Of a stretch of 64,000 nucleotides of DNA, positions 23,693 to 35,117 are shown piece after piece. Positions within the stretch are counted from its first letter, which is position 1. The number at the start of each line of letters is the position of its first letter. Source of the DNA: Selaginella moellendorffii (lineage: Eukaryota; Plantae; Lycopodiophyta); contig NW_003314264.1 in NCBI RefSeq assembly GCF_000143415.4, positions 2,489,710-2,553,709 on the forward strand, read 5' to 3'. The translations under genes were made by a program, and so were the position numbers. The notes under the pieces are model-generated. The model was not told the origin of the DNA. It searched no databases and worked only from the letters and a program-made list of their open reading frames with translations.

Positions 23693-25147
23693 ATGGCTGG
23701 CGCCCCGCCTCCAGGTTTGGCGATCGCGCCGATCGATCGATCAATCACTGACGCTTCTCTCTTGTAGACGATAGCAGCCTGGTGGTGGTGTTGCTGGATA
23801 CTAGCCTGCATTTCTGGAATGCAGTGGTGAGGTCCTCTTCAGGGCTCCAACAGGTGAGAATATTTTGCATTTCCTTGAAAGGGGCCAGTTTGATCTCTTC
23901 GTTTCTCACAGGTTTTGTCATTCCTCAATTCCCTGGCGCTCATGAATCACATGAACCATCTGGTGATTATTGCGAGTGGATGCAATTCTTGGTGAGTGAC
24001 AAGAACTTCTTTTTGCCGTTGCTAAGAATTTTCCCTGCCTGTAAATTGCAGCGAATTCTTATATGATTCTTTGGACTCAGATGAAAGAGCTGGTGCAAAT
24101 CACCAGACGGCCTCGGAGAAGATTGTACACAAATTAAATGATTTCGTTTCCAGGGATGCTACTCAGCCTCCGAAATTCCAGCCTTCGCTACTCTCGGCGT
24201 CCTTGTCAATGGCTCTTTGTTGTGAGTATCTCATTTCTATCCTTTTAGTCTTTCCTTTTTCCCTTCGCAGATATCCAAAGGGCACTCAAAGAAAAGATAG
24301 GTCCTTCCAAGCCCAGGGTGAGTAGCGTGGTTTGACCCGCTTGTCTTACATTTGCTTACTACAGATGCTTTGCTTGCAAGCCTCGCCTGACGCTCCTCAT
24401 CAGTAGGATTTTTTGTTTTTTTGTTTTCTTTTTTCCGAGTAATACGTGGTTTCATACGATGGTTTGGGTTTTGAAGGTACATTGCTATCATGAATGCCAT
24501 CTTCTCAGCACAGCGTTCCATGGTTATCAAGTTTCACGAGCTTTATCAAGAAACGTATATTAACCATCTCTTGCTGCCTTTTAGGTGCCAATCGATGCGT
24601 GCATGGTCGGTGCTCAACATTCGGCCTTTCTTCAACAGGTTTGGAGTGAGACTCTTTTGTTTCCTTTTGTTCTATCGTAACATTCCAGGCCGCGGACATT
24701 ACCGGTGGAACTTACTTAATGCCGCAACAAGCGGATTCGCTGTTAGAGTACTTGATGGTAGAAAACTTGGAACTTCTTTTTCATTCTTAAGAGATTTTCC
24801 TGGCAGACAATTTTCACAGTGGATTTACACTCTAGGCAATTCATCCAGCTCCCCCGCTCGGCAGGAGTGGATTTTCGGGCCTCGTAAGGAGAAGAGAAAA
24901 AAGCTTCAATCAAATTATAACAGACATTCTTTGCAGCTGTTTCTGCCACAAACGCACAATTGACATGGGCTATATATGCTCGGTTTGTTTATCAATCTTC
25001 TGCAAGCAACATAAGGAGTGCTCAACTTGCGGGTAAGTCAAGACTTTTGTCTACTTTCCTCTTTTCCATCTTCTGACGTGAGGGAAAAAAAATTACAGCT
25101 CAAGCTTTGCTAGCAGCGGCACGAAGCGCAAGACGCCCGCCTCGTGA
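23693..25147 (+). CDS. TFB4: TFIIH subunit TFB4 / p34 (GTF2H3)
   Basis: About 12 exons: [68 protein letters not shown]..CSTCG zinc finger. Confidence 0.93.
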
Positions 25148-25224
25148 CTCTTACACAGAATACAACACTGGTGGTGGCCGACCTCCTGCTGCGGTTTTGG
25201 TGGTATTAGTTCCAACTCCCAGGA

Positions 25225-25936
25225 TCAACTCCCTTCGAGGTTGCTCTTCTCGGTCGATGCTTGGCTCATGTCGTGCCGCCGCACGGCCTCCTTGAGCTTT
25301 CTCTGATGCTCTTGGAGTAGTAGCGAGCCGGGACGAAGCGAGTGCTACATGACAAGTGCCACGACCTTTCCAGCCTTGTATACGTTACTGTAAGTTCCTT
25401 GTCCAATCTGCAAAGATAAGAAACGTTCCCATCAAATCTTTGCTGCCCTTACCTTGTCAAGCTTTTCGAAAGAATCAGCATCCAGCCTTGGATCGCCTCG
25501 CCAGCCACCGCCATCCGCGGCGACCTTGGGGATGACGCTTTGACGAGGATTTGGATCCTGTGCATGGAGCCTCGCCCGGCGCTTGTCCATGCTCCTGGAT
25601 CTCTCGCCCACTATCCAACTCGATCCTCGTAGATAAATGCGCAGCTGTGGCCGCGAGTAGGATTTGTCCTTGGGACTTCCCTGCGATCTCGAGTTGGAGG
25701 ACGACTTTGCGCAGATACAGCCCATTGGTGTGGAGACTCAGCAGCAGCTCTTCCTTGATTGCACTTCCTTCCAGCTCTCCCTTCCAGCTGCGGCAGCTCA
25801 TTCCCATCCACTGGAATCCGACGCAGCTCCTCGGATTCTCGAGCAGGCAAGCGCTTCTCCCAGCTCCCGGGGCGCCGTAAAGAGTGACATCTAGACTGCG
25901 AGACAGCATTCGCAACACCGCCGCCACCTCCTACCT
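25225..25936 (-). pseudogene. Deleted duplicate of the CDK-like kinase gene at 29826-32431
   Basis: MGCICAKSSSNSRSQ start (25725) and ADSFEKLDK/IGQGTYS fragments are joined almost directly to the last-exon sequence. The whole kinase core is missing and there are many small deletions. Confidence 0.9.
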
Positions 25937-25971
25937 GTGATGGCACACGCGTAGGCAACAGGAATTCACGC

Positions 25972-28392
25972 TTAATTTAGATAATGCTTCAACCGTTTGC
26001 GCCCGGCTTTCTGCTTGGCTTTCATTTTAGCAACTTCAGCTTCCATTAAACCGTTGAGTGGAATCGCTAGAATCAGGTCGGGTGTGCTGGGGAACTTCTT
26101 CCTTGAGGACGCATCTGGGATTCCGTACTTCTCAGCAATGTCCTGCAATTCCGCTCTGAGAAACATCCCACGGTATTTCTGTTTGTCGGCCAGCTGCTCA
26201 TCCTCTTCGTTCTCTCTCTGCTTCTTCTTGGCCTTCTTTTCGTTTGCAAGCCTCTCCCTCAATTTGCCCAACTCCTTTAGCAGCGCAATTTCCTCCTCTG
26301 TCAACCGCAAACACCTGTCAAAAGAAATCTCTGCTTTTGTGTATGCAACTGTGCCGTCGTCCTGCTCATAATGCGTCACCAGTTCCTTCGCTTCCTTGTT
26401 CTTAGTGCCCTTAGTCTTCTCCGGAGTTCCTGAAACATAGCAAGTTAAGAAAAGCCAAGAAAGATTCCTAGGCTACCTTTCTTCCTGGATGTCGGCTTGT
26501 TAGTCTTCTCCGGAGTTCCTGAAACATGCGGGGTCATTAGACAAGAGAAGCCATAATTAAACTACGTTACCTTGTTCTAACGTCCTGTTTTCCTCGTGCT
26601 CCTCCGACGGAAGAGAAGTCGGCCTCGGGCAGACGTACACATAATATAGCTTGAAAGGATCAGTAAGGATTGTCCACTGTATAAATTCTTCTCGACGCAC
26701 GAACTTAAACTCTGTACCCCTGTGAGCTCCGGGGTTAAGGCACACCTGAACGAACCAGAAGTGCAGCATTCCGTGCCCGTCCTTCCAGACAAGCAATCCG
26801 TCAACGTACTTGAAATTAAACGATCCTGTCATGTAGAAAACCTTCTCGTTCGTGTTCAAGTCGCTGGCGGTTATCAGCTTCGGCTTGCCAGATAAACTTT
26901 CAACCCGATCCGCCTGGTAGTTGGTGCCTCGAAAACAGAAGCCCTCGTCCAATACAGCCTCTGCTACAATCCCCTCGCATATGTATCCTACTTGGGGCCA
27001 AACGGTGTTCCTTTCCTTCAGTAGCTGTTGAAGGAGCGCACGCATCTGCGGAGTTCGGTACGCATGCCTCTCCCTCCTTAACAAACGCATCTGGAGATCG
27101 AGTTCTCGGATAAACGGAGTGCACGGAATTGAAGACTCCTGGCCGGCAATAGGGAGAAGAAATCCGTCCACAAGTTCGGGCTGCTTCCGCATTGACTGGA
27201 AATTTTCATCCTCCCTGAATAACCAGACAACCTCACTCCAGTCGCAAGCATCAGCAAGGAATTTATGGCCGGGTGGCGAACAATAAGCAGACGAAACTAT
27301 CTCAGTCGTAAACCTAGCGGGCACCTGCCAACGAACAAACAATTAGCTGAAACATAGTTGATGACCACATACCGGCCCGGTTTCAGTCTTCCGCTTCAAT
27401 ACGGCCATCGCGAGCGGATTCTCAACTTTCCGCTTGTTGAAAGCATTACCAGTTATTGTGTTCACGTACTGCGCACATTTTTCCTCGAGCAGGTACAAGG
27501 ACATAGGATGTCTCCCAGCAAGATGGTCCACCACAGCGACACGGTCAGGATTCTCTCGGAGCATCGGGCCGAGAATTTTACAAGTCGTGAGAAATGTATT
27601 GTACTCCTCCTGCAGTAAGCAAGATAATGACGATACGGGAAGAAGAATCTATTTTACCGTGGTGAAAAGACAGTTGAAATGCTCGTTGATATGTGTTACG
27701 TCCACCCGAGTTACGTTGTGGGAAAATGTCTGGAACCTGTGAGTAGACCACTTGTAAAAGACATCTAGCCAGCGTCTGGCTGCCTGTGCATCTTCTGTAT
27801 CCTCCAAACGCCTAGGTGAACCGTTCTTGTGTGACTTATCGTAGCGTTCTGCGCCATCAACCAAGAGAAAGAACTTCTCATTCTGAACTCTGATTTTCAG
27901 AAAAGCATCCAGGCTGTCAGGGGAGTCAATAAACCCAATCTTCTCGACAGCTTCGGCGTCATCGCTGAAGGCGAAGTAGAGTGCGGCCGTAATCTGTGGG
28001 ACGAGAGGGGCCGTCGCATCTAAGTACCAGATGCATATGATCCTGACTTTCGGAATCTGGGCCGAGATAAGCAAGATGGCCAAGGCCCGCAAAAAACATG
28101 ATTTCCCTGAACCCTTTACGCCACTCAAGGAAACTACGCATGAGACATCCAAGGATGGGTTCTCCCCAATCTTTTCAACAAGACGCGAAAGTATCTTCCC
28201 GTATTCCTGCCGAGTTACAAAATCGAAGACCTTAGGCGGCCTCGTGCCTGTTCTAGACCAGGGCAAACCGGGGAATGGCAGAGACGCAACGATCTCACCT
28301 GGCCTTGGATCGACTAGTTTCCTGAAGTTCTCGTCCCCAAGGGCAATGATCGTCTGCTTGATTTGCTCCGCTCGCACCGCATCCGCCGCCAT
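25972..28392 (-). CDS. Crinkler/RHS (CR)-type protein: P-loop NTPase + PD-(D/E)xK restriction-endonuclease-fold domain + coiled coil + Rho_N/HeH-like tail (~741 aa)
   Basis: Exons 28392-27658, 27609-27373, 27324-26571, 26518-26477 and 26429-25972 (GT-AG introns of 48, 48, 52 and 47 nt) give an open 2226-nt frame. Walker A GVKGSGKS, Walker B FFLLVDG, REase-like GYICE...FNFKYVDG...VQV...H. Confidence 0.75.
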
Positions 28393-28518
28393 TCGGTTGA
28401 AACCTTAAACCCTATGATATATACTGGCAAATTCTCTTAAATCCACACCTGGAAGAGAAAGAAAATCGCTTTCTGATTAAGCTGGAGCTAAGTGAATTTC
28501 TGGCACTCCTTACATTGT

Positions 28519-28734
28519 GAGCCAACAAGGAGGAAAGAAGAGCTTTTTCCTAAGCACCGAGAGCCCATCGGGAAGAGTAGAGAAATGTCGTCGTTTTAAG
28601 AATATTTAGGGTTCTCGGGAAGAGCTAAGCGCGGTACGTTTGTTTCTTCACCATCTTTTTATAATAAGTCGTCGTTTTAAGAACATTAAGGGTTCTAGGG
28701 ACGATCGAGCGATCACACTGACGCTCTCTTGTAG
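28519..28734 (+). repeat. Start of tandem segmental duplicate (copy of the 3' end of the 21306-23509 gene and the TFB4 upstream region)
   Basis: GAGCCAACAAGGAGGAAAGAAGAGCTT at 28519 matches 23434, followed by deleted/rearranged copies of 23510-23770. Confidence 0.88.
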
Positions 28735-29725
28735 ATGATAGCAGCCTGGTGGTGGGGCAGCATTTCTAGTGGTGCGGTCCTCTTCAGGGCTCCAACAGGA
28801 GATTATTTTGGATTTTCGTGGGAGGGACCAGTTTGATCCTACTTTCTCACACAATCCTCTGGCCCTCTGGTGATTATTGCGGATAAGAAGTTCATTTTGC
28901 TTTTTCCTCCCTGCAGATTGCAGCGAATTCTAATACCATTCTTTGTACTCCGATGAAAGAGCTGGTGCAAATCACCGGAGAAGATTGTACAGAAGTTAAA
29001 TGATTTCGTTTCCAGGGATGCTACTCAGCCTCCGAGAGTCCAGCCTTCGCTACTCTCGGCACTCCTTTCAAGCCTCCTCATCAGTAGGATCTTTGAATTT
29101 TTTTTCCAATTCAATGGTTTGCGTTTTGAAGGTATATTGCTAATGCGATCTTCTCAGCACAGCGTTCCATGGTTATCAAGTTTCACGAGCTTTAGCGTAT
29201 CTCTTACTGCCTTTTAGGCGCCAATCGATGCGTGCATGGTCGCTGCTCTACATTCGGCCTTTCTTCGACTGATACTCTTTTCTTTCTTTCCTTTTAGTGT
29301 AAAATTCCAGGCCGCGGACGTTACCGGTGGAACTTCTTTGATGCCGCAACAAGCGGATTCGCTGTTAAGAGAGTATCTGAGAGAGTTGGAACTTGTTCTT
29401 TCTTAGGCACGGTGGATTCACAGTGGATTTACAATCAAGGCAATTCATCCAGTTCCCCCGCTCGGCAGGAGTGGACTTTCGGGCCTCGTAAGTAGAAGAG
29501 AAAAAAAGTTTCAATCTCAACTTATAACAAACATTCTTTGCAGCTGCTTCTGCCACAAACGCACGATTATCAATCTTCTGCAAGCAACATAGGGAGTGCT
29601 CAACTTGCGGGTAAGTCAAGACTTTTGTGTACTTTCTCTTTTCCATCTCCTGACGCGAGGGGAAAAAAATTACAGCTCAAGCTTTTGCTAGCAGCGGCAC
29701 GAAGCGCAAGACGCCCGCCTCGTGA
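28735..29725 (+). pseudogene. TFB4: TFB4 pseudogene (duplicate)
   Basis: Colinear with 23768-25147 but lacks exon 1/ATG, has lost donor sites and internal exon pieces, and is frameshifted by small deletions. Confidence 0.9.
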
Positions 29726-29825
29726 CTCTTACACAGAATACAAACACTGGTGGTGGCCGACCTCCTGCTGCGGTTTTGGTGGTATTAGTTCCGACTCCCA
29801 GGAAAGGAAAGACAAGTACCTGGAA

Positions 29826-32431
29826 TCAACTCCCTTCGAGGTTGCTCTTCTCGGCCGATGCTTGATTCATGTCGTGCCGCCGCACCGCCTCCTTGAGCTT
29901 TCTCTGGTGCTCTTCAAGTAGCTCTTCGATGTCTACTGGGGCAGAGAAGCCGGGACGAAGCAGCGGGCCAGAGTGATACATGCGCTCCTGAGGATCATAG
30001 CCCTGCAAAGCAAAAGTATTTAAGTACATTCACAAGCAGCCGATATGACAATGTTACCGCTGGAGTCGGCTGAGAATCTCTCGCTCCGTCCCTGGCCGGG
30101 GCCTCGGGAAGATTTGGGGGCCCACGGAACACGTCCGAGCGCCGGGAGTCGAGCTCGTGTTTCCTGTCGGCGGCCTTGAGCACGCTCCGCAAGTTGTGCT
30201 TGGAGAAGTCGCCATCCTTCCCTTGGCCTTGCTCGGCAAAAGACCCGTGCCGTGACGAACTGCTTGTGATCCTGTCAACTTCCACTTGTCCGGTGGATGA
30301 TCGCATTGCCCTGCTCGTCGACCGTTGCGGGGCCATTCTCACGTCCTCGTCTCGTTGCTTCCGGGACCAGTTGGCAGTCGCTGCTGTCGGGTTCCCAATT
30401 GGGCCAGAGCGCGATGATGCTGGAGGCACAAACTGGCGTGGTGGAACCGGTGACGTGCCCCGGACATCCGTGGGTTGCTGCCCGTATCGCGGAGCTGGAG
30501 GCTCCATGGGAAATCCAGATGCTGACTTTTCGGAAAGATACGTGAACTTTTCGCTCTTGCTCTTCGAGGAATGAGAAGACAAACGCCGTTTCTACGGAAA
30601 AAATAAAAAGTAAAAAATAGAAAAATAAAACGTGAGAAAAAAAAGAAAGAAATGCAGCCATTTATTACGAGCAGAAGTTACCTGTACGGAAGCGTGAAGC
30701 TCTGCATTGGCGTCGGGCGCAGGCACGGCCCTGCTACGTTCCCTGGAGCCATGCCTCCGGCCTTCTGCAACACCATGCTTGGCTGCTCTCTGTCTGGAAT
30801 GGTAAAAACAAGCACCGCTTTAGTATAATTGGACAAAAGCACGAGGATATAATTACCTCCTGGACTCTTCATCTCTCGTCTTGGCGTCAAATTCCTTGCT
30901 CGGAGGATATTTTGGTAGAACAGATGGATCGCATGGAAACGGCTTAGTGTTAAAAAACTGCATGGAAGCACTCAAGTTAGAATGTTACAAGTGCATGCAT
31001 GAGCCACTTACATCTGCTTTCAGTGCTCCAGCTGCAGTTCCTCTATCAGCCGGCTCAATCGCAAGAAGAATCTCGAGAAGGGCCAGTGCGGTCGAAGGGA
31101 AGTCTTTGTAAGTATCAGCGATGCAGCGTTTGTAAGGCTGCTGCGGCTTAAAAATCGTAGCGTGAGGAAGTTTGGATTTTTTCCAATACTCTTCCGATGG
31201 CGAGCCACATAGCTTAAAAATCTTGTGTAATTGCTCCACCTGTTCGATCAATAAGAAGAAAGGCAGGCGTTACTAAACATCGTAAAACAAAAACCAACGA
31301 GCATACTTCCGTTCGCCCAGGCATGATGGGCTTGCCAGCCAGTAATTCAGCTAGTATACAGCCAGTGCTCCAGAGATCCACCCCAACACTGTATTCTGTA
31401 GCACCGAGTAGTAGCTCCGGCGGCCTGTACCAGAGCGTCACAACCCGGCTAGTTAAAGCAAGGTTCTGGTAGGGGTGATAAAACGTCGCCAATCCAAAGT
31501 CGGCAATCTTAAGAATCCCGCTGTTATCTATCAAGAGGTTGGACCCTTTGATGTCGCGATGCAGAACGCCTCTGGTATGGCAATGATCGAGTCCTCGTAT
31601 TAATTGTTGTAAGTAGCATTTAACCTGAAATCGCAAAAAACATGTAACTGAAGGAAAAAAAAAAGAGAGTAGCTTTTGCAAACCTGTGGTTCTGTGAACA
31701 TGATGCCCGGACAAGCTGCGAGCCCGGCAAGATCGTGCTCCATGTACTCGAACACAAGGTAGAGGCTGGACGACATGCGGGAGGTAACCAGGCCTTCCAG
31801 CTTCACCACGTTTGGATGGTCGAGCCTCCTGAGTATCTGGATTTCCCGGGCCATGAACTTGACGCTCTCGGGCTCGAGGCTGTCAAAGCGGACCTTTTTG
31901 AGTGCCACGACCTTTCCAGAGTCGAGATCACGAGCCTTGTATACGTTACTGTAAGTTCCTTGTCCAATCTGCAAAGATAAGAAACGTTCCCTCAGGCAAC
32001 CATATCAAAGAAAACCAAAGGCAAAGAAATCCACTTGCGAGCCTTCGTACCTTGTCAAGCTTTTCGAAAGAATCAGCGCGTCGAGGAATCCAGCCTTTGA
32101 TCGCCTCGCCAGCCACGGCGGAGAGCCAACCGGGCCACCCCGCGGCAACTTGCTCGCCCTCGGCCTGCTTGGGGATGACGCTTTGACGAGGATTTGGATC
32201 CTGTGCATGGAGCCTCGCCCGGCGCTTGTCCATGCTATCCTCGCGACCATTTTGTCTCGTCCTGGCTTTGGATCTCTCCCTGTCCTTTTCCACGATCCCG
32301 TTGAGCCCCTCGAGCGTCTCGATCCTCGCAGATCCATTGAAATGCCGCAGCTGTGGCCGCGAGTAGGATTTGGCCTTGGGACTCTCCTGCGATCTCGAGG
32401 TGGAGGACGACTTTGCGCAGATACACCCCAT
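29826..32431 (-). CDS. Plant CDK-like (CKL/CDKC-related) Ser/Thr kinase with N-terminal MGC acylation motif
   Basis: MGCICAK, QVAAGWPGWL..IKGWIPRRADSFEKLDKIGQGTYS, EPESVKFMAREI, HRDIKGSN, DFGLA, TSRVVTLWYRPPELLLG, C-terminal YHSGPLL. About 7 exons. Confidence 0.93.
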
Positions 32432-32938
32432 TGGTGCGCTGTGGAGGAGACTCTAGCAAACAATCCCTTCTAGCCCTCTTCCAGTAGCTCTTCCTTGCTT
32501 GCAGCTCTTAGCTGCGGATGAAACCCCAGCTCATTCCCATCCATTGGAATCCGACTCCAGTGGCACCATAATCGCAGCTCCTAGGGTCGAAAAACCTAAA
32601 CCCCGGGATCCTCGAGCGAAATTCCAGCAGCGGATGCTTCTCCCAGCTCCCGGAGCGCCGTCGAGAGCAAGATCTAGACTCCGAGACAGCATTCACGACC
32701 GCGCCATGGCTGCGCAACACCGCCGCTTCTCCAGCGCCACATCCTACCTTGGATTCTCTTTCGAGCTCTCTCACAGCGCCTTCTTTCTCATCCCTCGCCC
32801 TCGTCGATGATCGCACTGATCGATCGAAAGTTTTGCCACTGCGCAGGAAAAATAGATTTTTAAGTGTCCCCCAAATTAGGTTATAAGAGTTACTATGACG
32901 GGCGCGACGCGTCACTGACGTGTGGCCGTCGCAAGAAA

Positions 32939-35022
32939 ATGGAAGCCATGGATATTTCCATGGCCTTGGCGCCCGAGTGCCTGCGCAATGTCGGTGGCGC
33001 TGGAGCGATCGCTGCCGCGGCGAGGGAATTCTCGGCGAGATCGTCTTGCCGGGCGATCGGGATCCAGGTATGTGATCGATTGCGCGGTCGTTTTAGCAGC
33101 AGGATTGTGATGACCTGATTCCAGCGGGATTCTAGACGAGGCAGCGAAGGCTGCGTTTGATTGCTAATGCTACGATCGATAGGAGCGCTGGAGACATTGC
33201 GCGAGAAGCACCAGCGCCAGGTTCTCGATTCTTTTTGTATGAATTCTTTTTCTTTTCGTGGTTTTCACGATCAAAACGGTTGCCAGGGAAGATTAAGATT
33301 GATCCGCAGATCTTGCAACCCGTGGATGGATTTCCAGCGCTTCCGCGGACATTTTCTATCACGTATGATTTTTCTTGCGACTGCTAGCATCGATTTTCTT
33401 ATACTTTTGGAACTATGGACAGGATTCATGGAGTTACTTTGGAGGAAGAGTTGGAAAGGTAAAATATTTCTTTGTGTTCAACTTAACTTGGATGAGTTCT
33501 TCTTTCTCAGACTGAAGCAAGACATCAAGGGTGTGGCTGGAGTGATTGATGTTTGCTGGATTGGAGAGCTGGTCCAGGGAGGACCAAGAGGAGGCTATGT
33601 CACAGTCCAGCTTGAGCTTCAAAGCGATGCTACACTAAGGAGTGTTACGAGCGCCATTCAAGCGCTTGACAGCTCCAAGTTGCTGGTTTTGCCATATAAG
33701 AACAACTCCTGGAAATGGAGGTAAGCAACAAGCCTTGTGTTTTCGTTCGCTGTATGACGAAAGTTTTTTTTTCATATCAAGGGATTACAAGATCAACTTT
33801 GGAGTGGCTGGGTGTGGAAATCCGATCATTCTGGTTCATGGATTCGGTAAGCGCCAGAATCAATGTGTTGTAAGTTTGATTTGCTTGTGTCTTTACGTTT
33901 CTCTAAAGGTGGAAATGCCGGGCACTTTGGAAATCTGCTATCGTATCTAGCGGAAAACAATAAAGTCTACGCGATCGACCTCTTAGGCTTTGGTGACTCA
34001 GAAAAGCCAAAGCAGGCTGACTACAGCCCGGATTTGTGGGCGGAACTGGTCTGCGGTGAGTTTCTTCCAGTTTTGTTAAGGCCTCCCGACATTGTCTTGG
34101 ATAGACTTTGCGCAGGAGTTCACGGAAAACGGAGCTGTGCTGGTTGGAAACTCCATTGGCTCGCTCTCAGCACTCACAGCTGCCGTTAAAGGTGGAAAGA
34201 ATACTGTTCGGTAAGAAAGCCGATTCCCACTAATGTCGCTTTTAAGAATGGACTTTTCGTTGTCGTAGTGGACTGGTGCTGCTGAATTGTGCCGGGGCAA
34301 TGAACAGGAAAGGCTTAACTCAAGATGGTTTTTTATTGCAGCTGCTGTCACCCGTGTTCGTAGGTGTTGAATACATACTCGCACAACCGCGCTTCGCAAA
34401 CCTTCTATTCAACAGGTCAGTGCTTTTCTCGGACATATAGTTTCATTAGTCAAGCGCTTATAGATTTCGAAGCAAGGACAACATCAGAAAGATACTCACT
34501 CAACAAGCTTATTGCAACAAGGAGTCTGTCACAGATCAGCTGGTATTTCCATCCATGTTGCTCTTTCTTCCACAAAGCTTTTGCTTTACAGGTCGATATT
34601 CTCTATCATCCGTCAACCGACGAAGGGGCCGTGGACGTCTTTGTCAAAGTCTTCACTGGAAACAATCCAGGTAACTAAACAAATCTCGGTTTAGTTATTT
34701 GATTTTTTTTTTCCAGGGTCGAGGCCAGAGAAACTTATGTCCGAAGTGGAGATCCCCGTTCTTGTCCTGTGGGGTGATCGAGATGCTTGGACCCCAGCGA
34801 ACGGGCCCGTAAGTCAGATTTTTTGAGCTCTTGGTCGCCAAAATCCTCATAGTTTTTTTCTCTGGATCGATTCAGGTGGCAAAGTTCTTTGTGGATTTGG
34901 AGAAGAAGAGAAACGACGTGAAATTCTACGCGCTCGAAGGTGTCGGTCACTGCCCTCACGACGATCGACCCGAGATCGCTGCCGAATACATTCGCTCTTT
35001 CCTAGCATCACTTAACTGGTAG
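32939..35022 (+). CDS. Plastid-type alpha/beta-hydrolase (pheophytinase-like family) with an extra N-terminal domain
   Basis: Multi-exon: LVHGFGG, YAIDLLGFGDSEKP, VGNSIGS nucleophile, LVLWGDRDAWTP, GVGHCPHDDRPE. N-terminus resembles a transit peptide. Confidence 0.88.
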
Positions 35023-35117
35023 CAACGTTTAAGATTAATTAACACACATTTAAACACTAAGCTAATCTTTAAGAATATACCTCGTATCTGGCAAGAACCC
35101 TAGATCTTACTCACTCC

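Noticed and set aside
26557-28392. CR gene as a pseudogene or stop-codon readthrough gene (three ORFs in one frame separated by single stops)
   Set aside because: Both stops lie within canonical 48-nt GT-AG introns, so normal splicing explains the pattern.
25937-28518. Terminal inverted repeats around the CR insert (CAGGAATTCAC vs GTGAATTTCTG)
   Set aside because: Only a 10/11 subterminal match with no TSD, too weak to call a transposon end.
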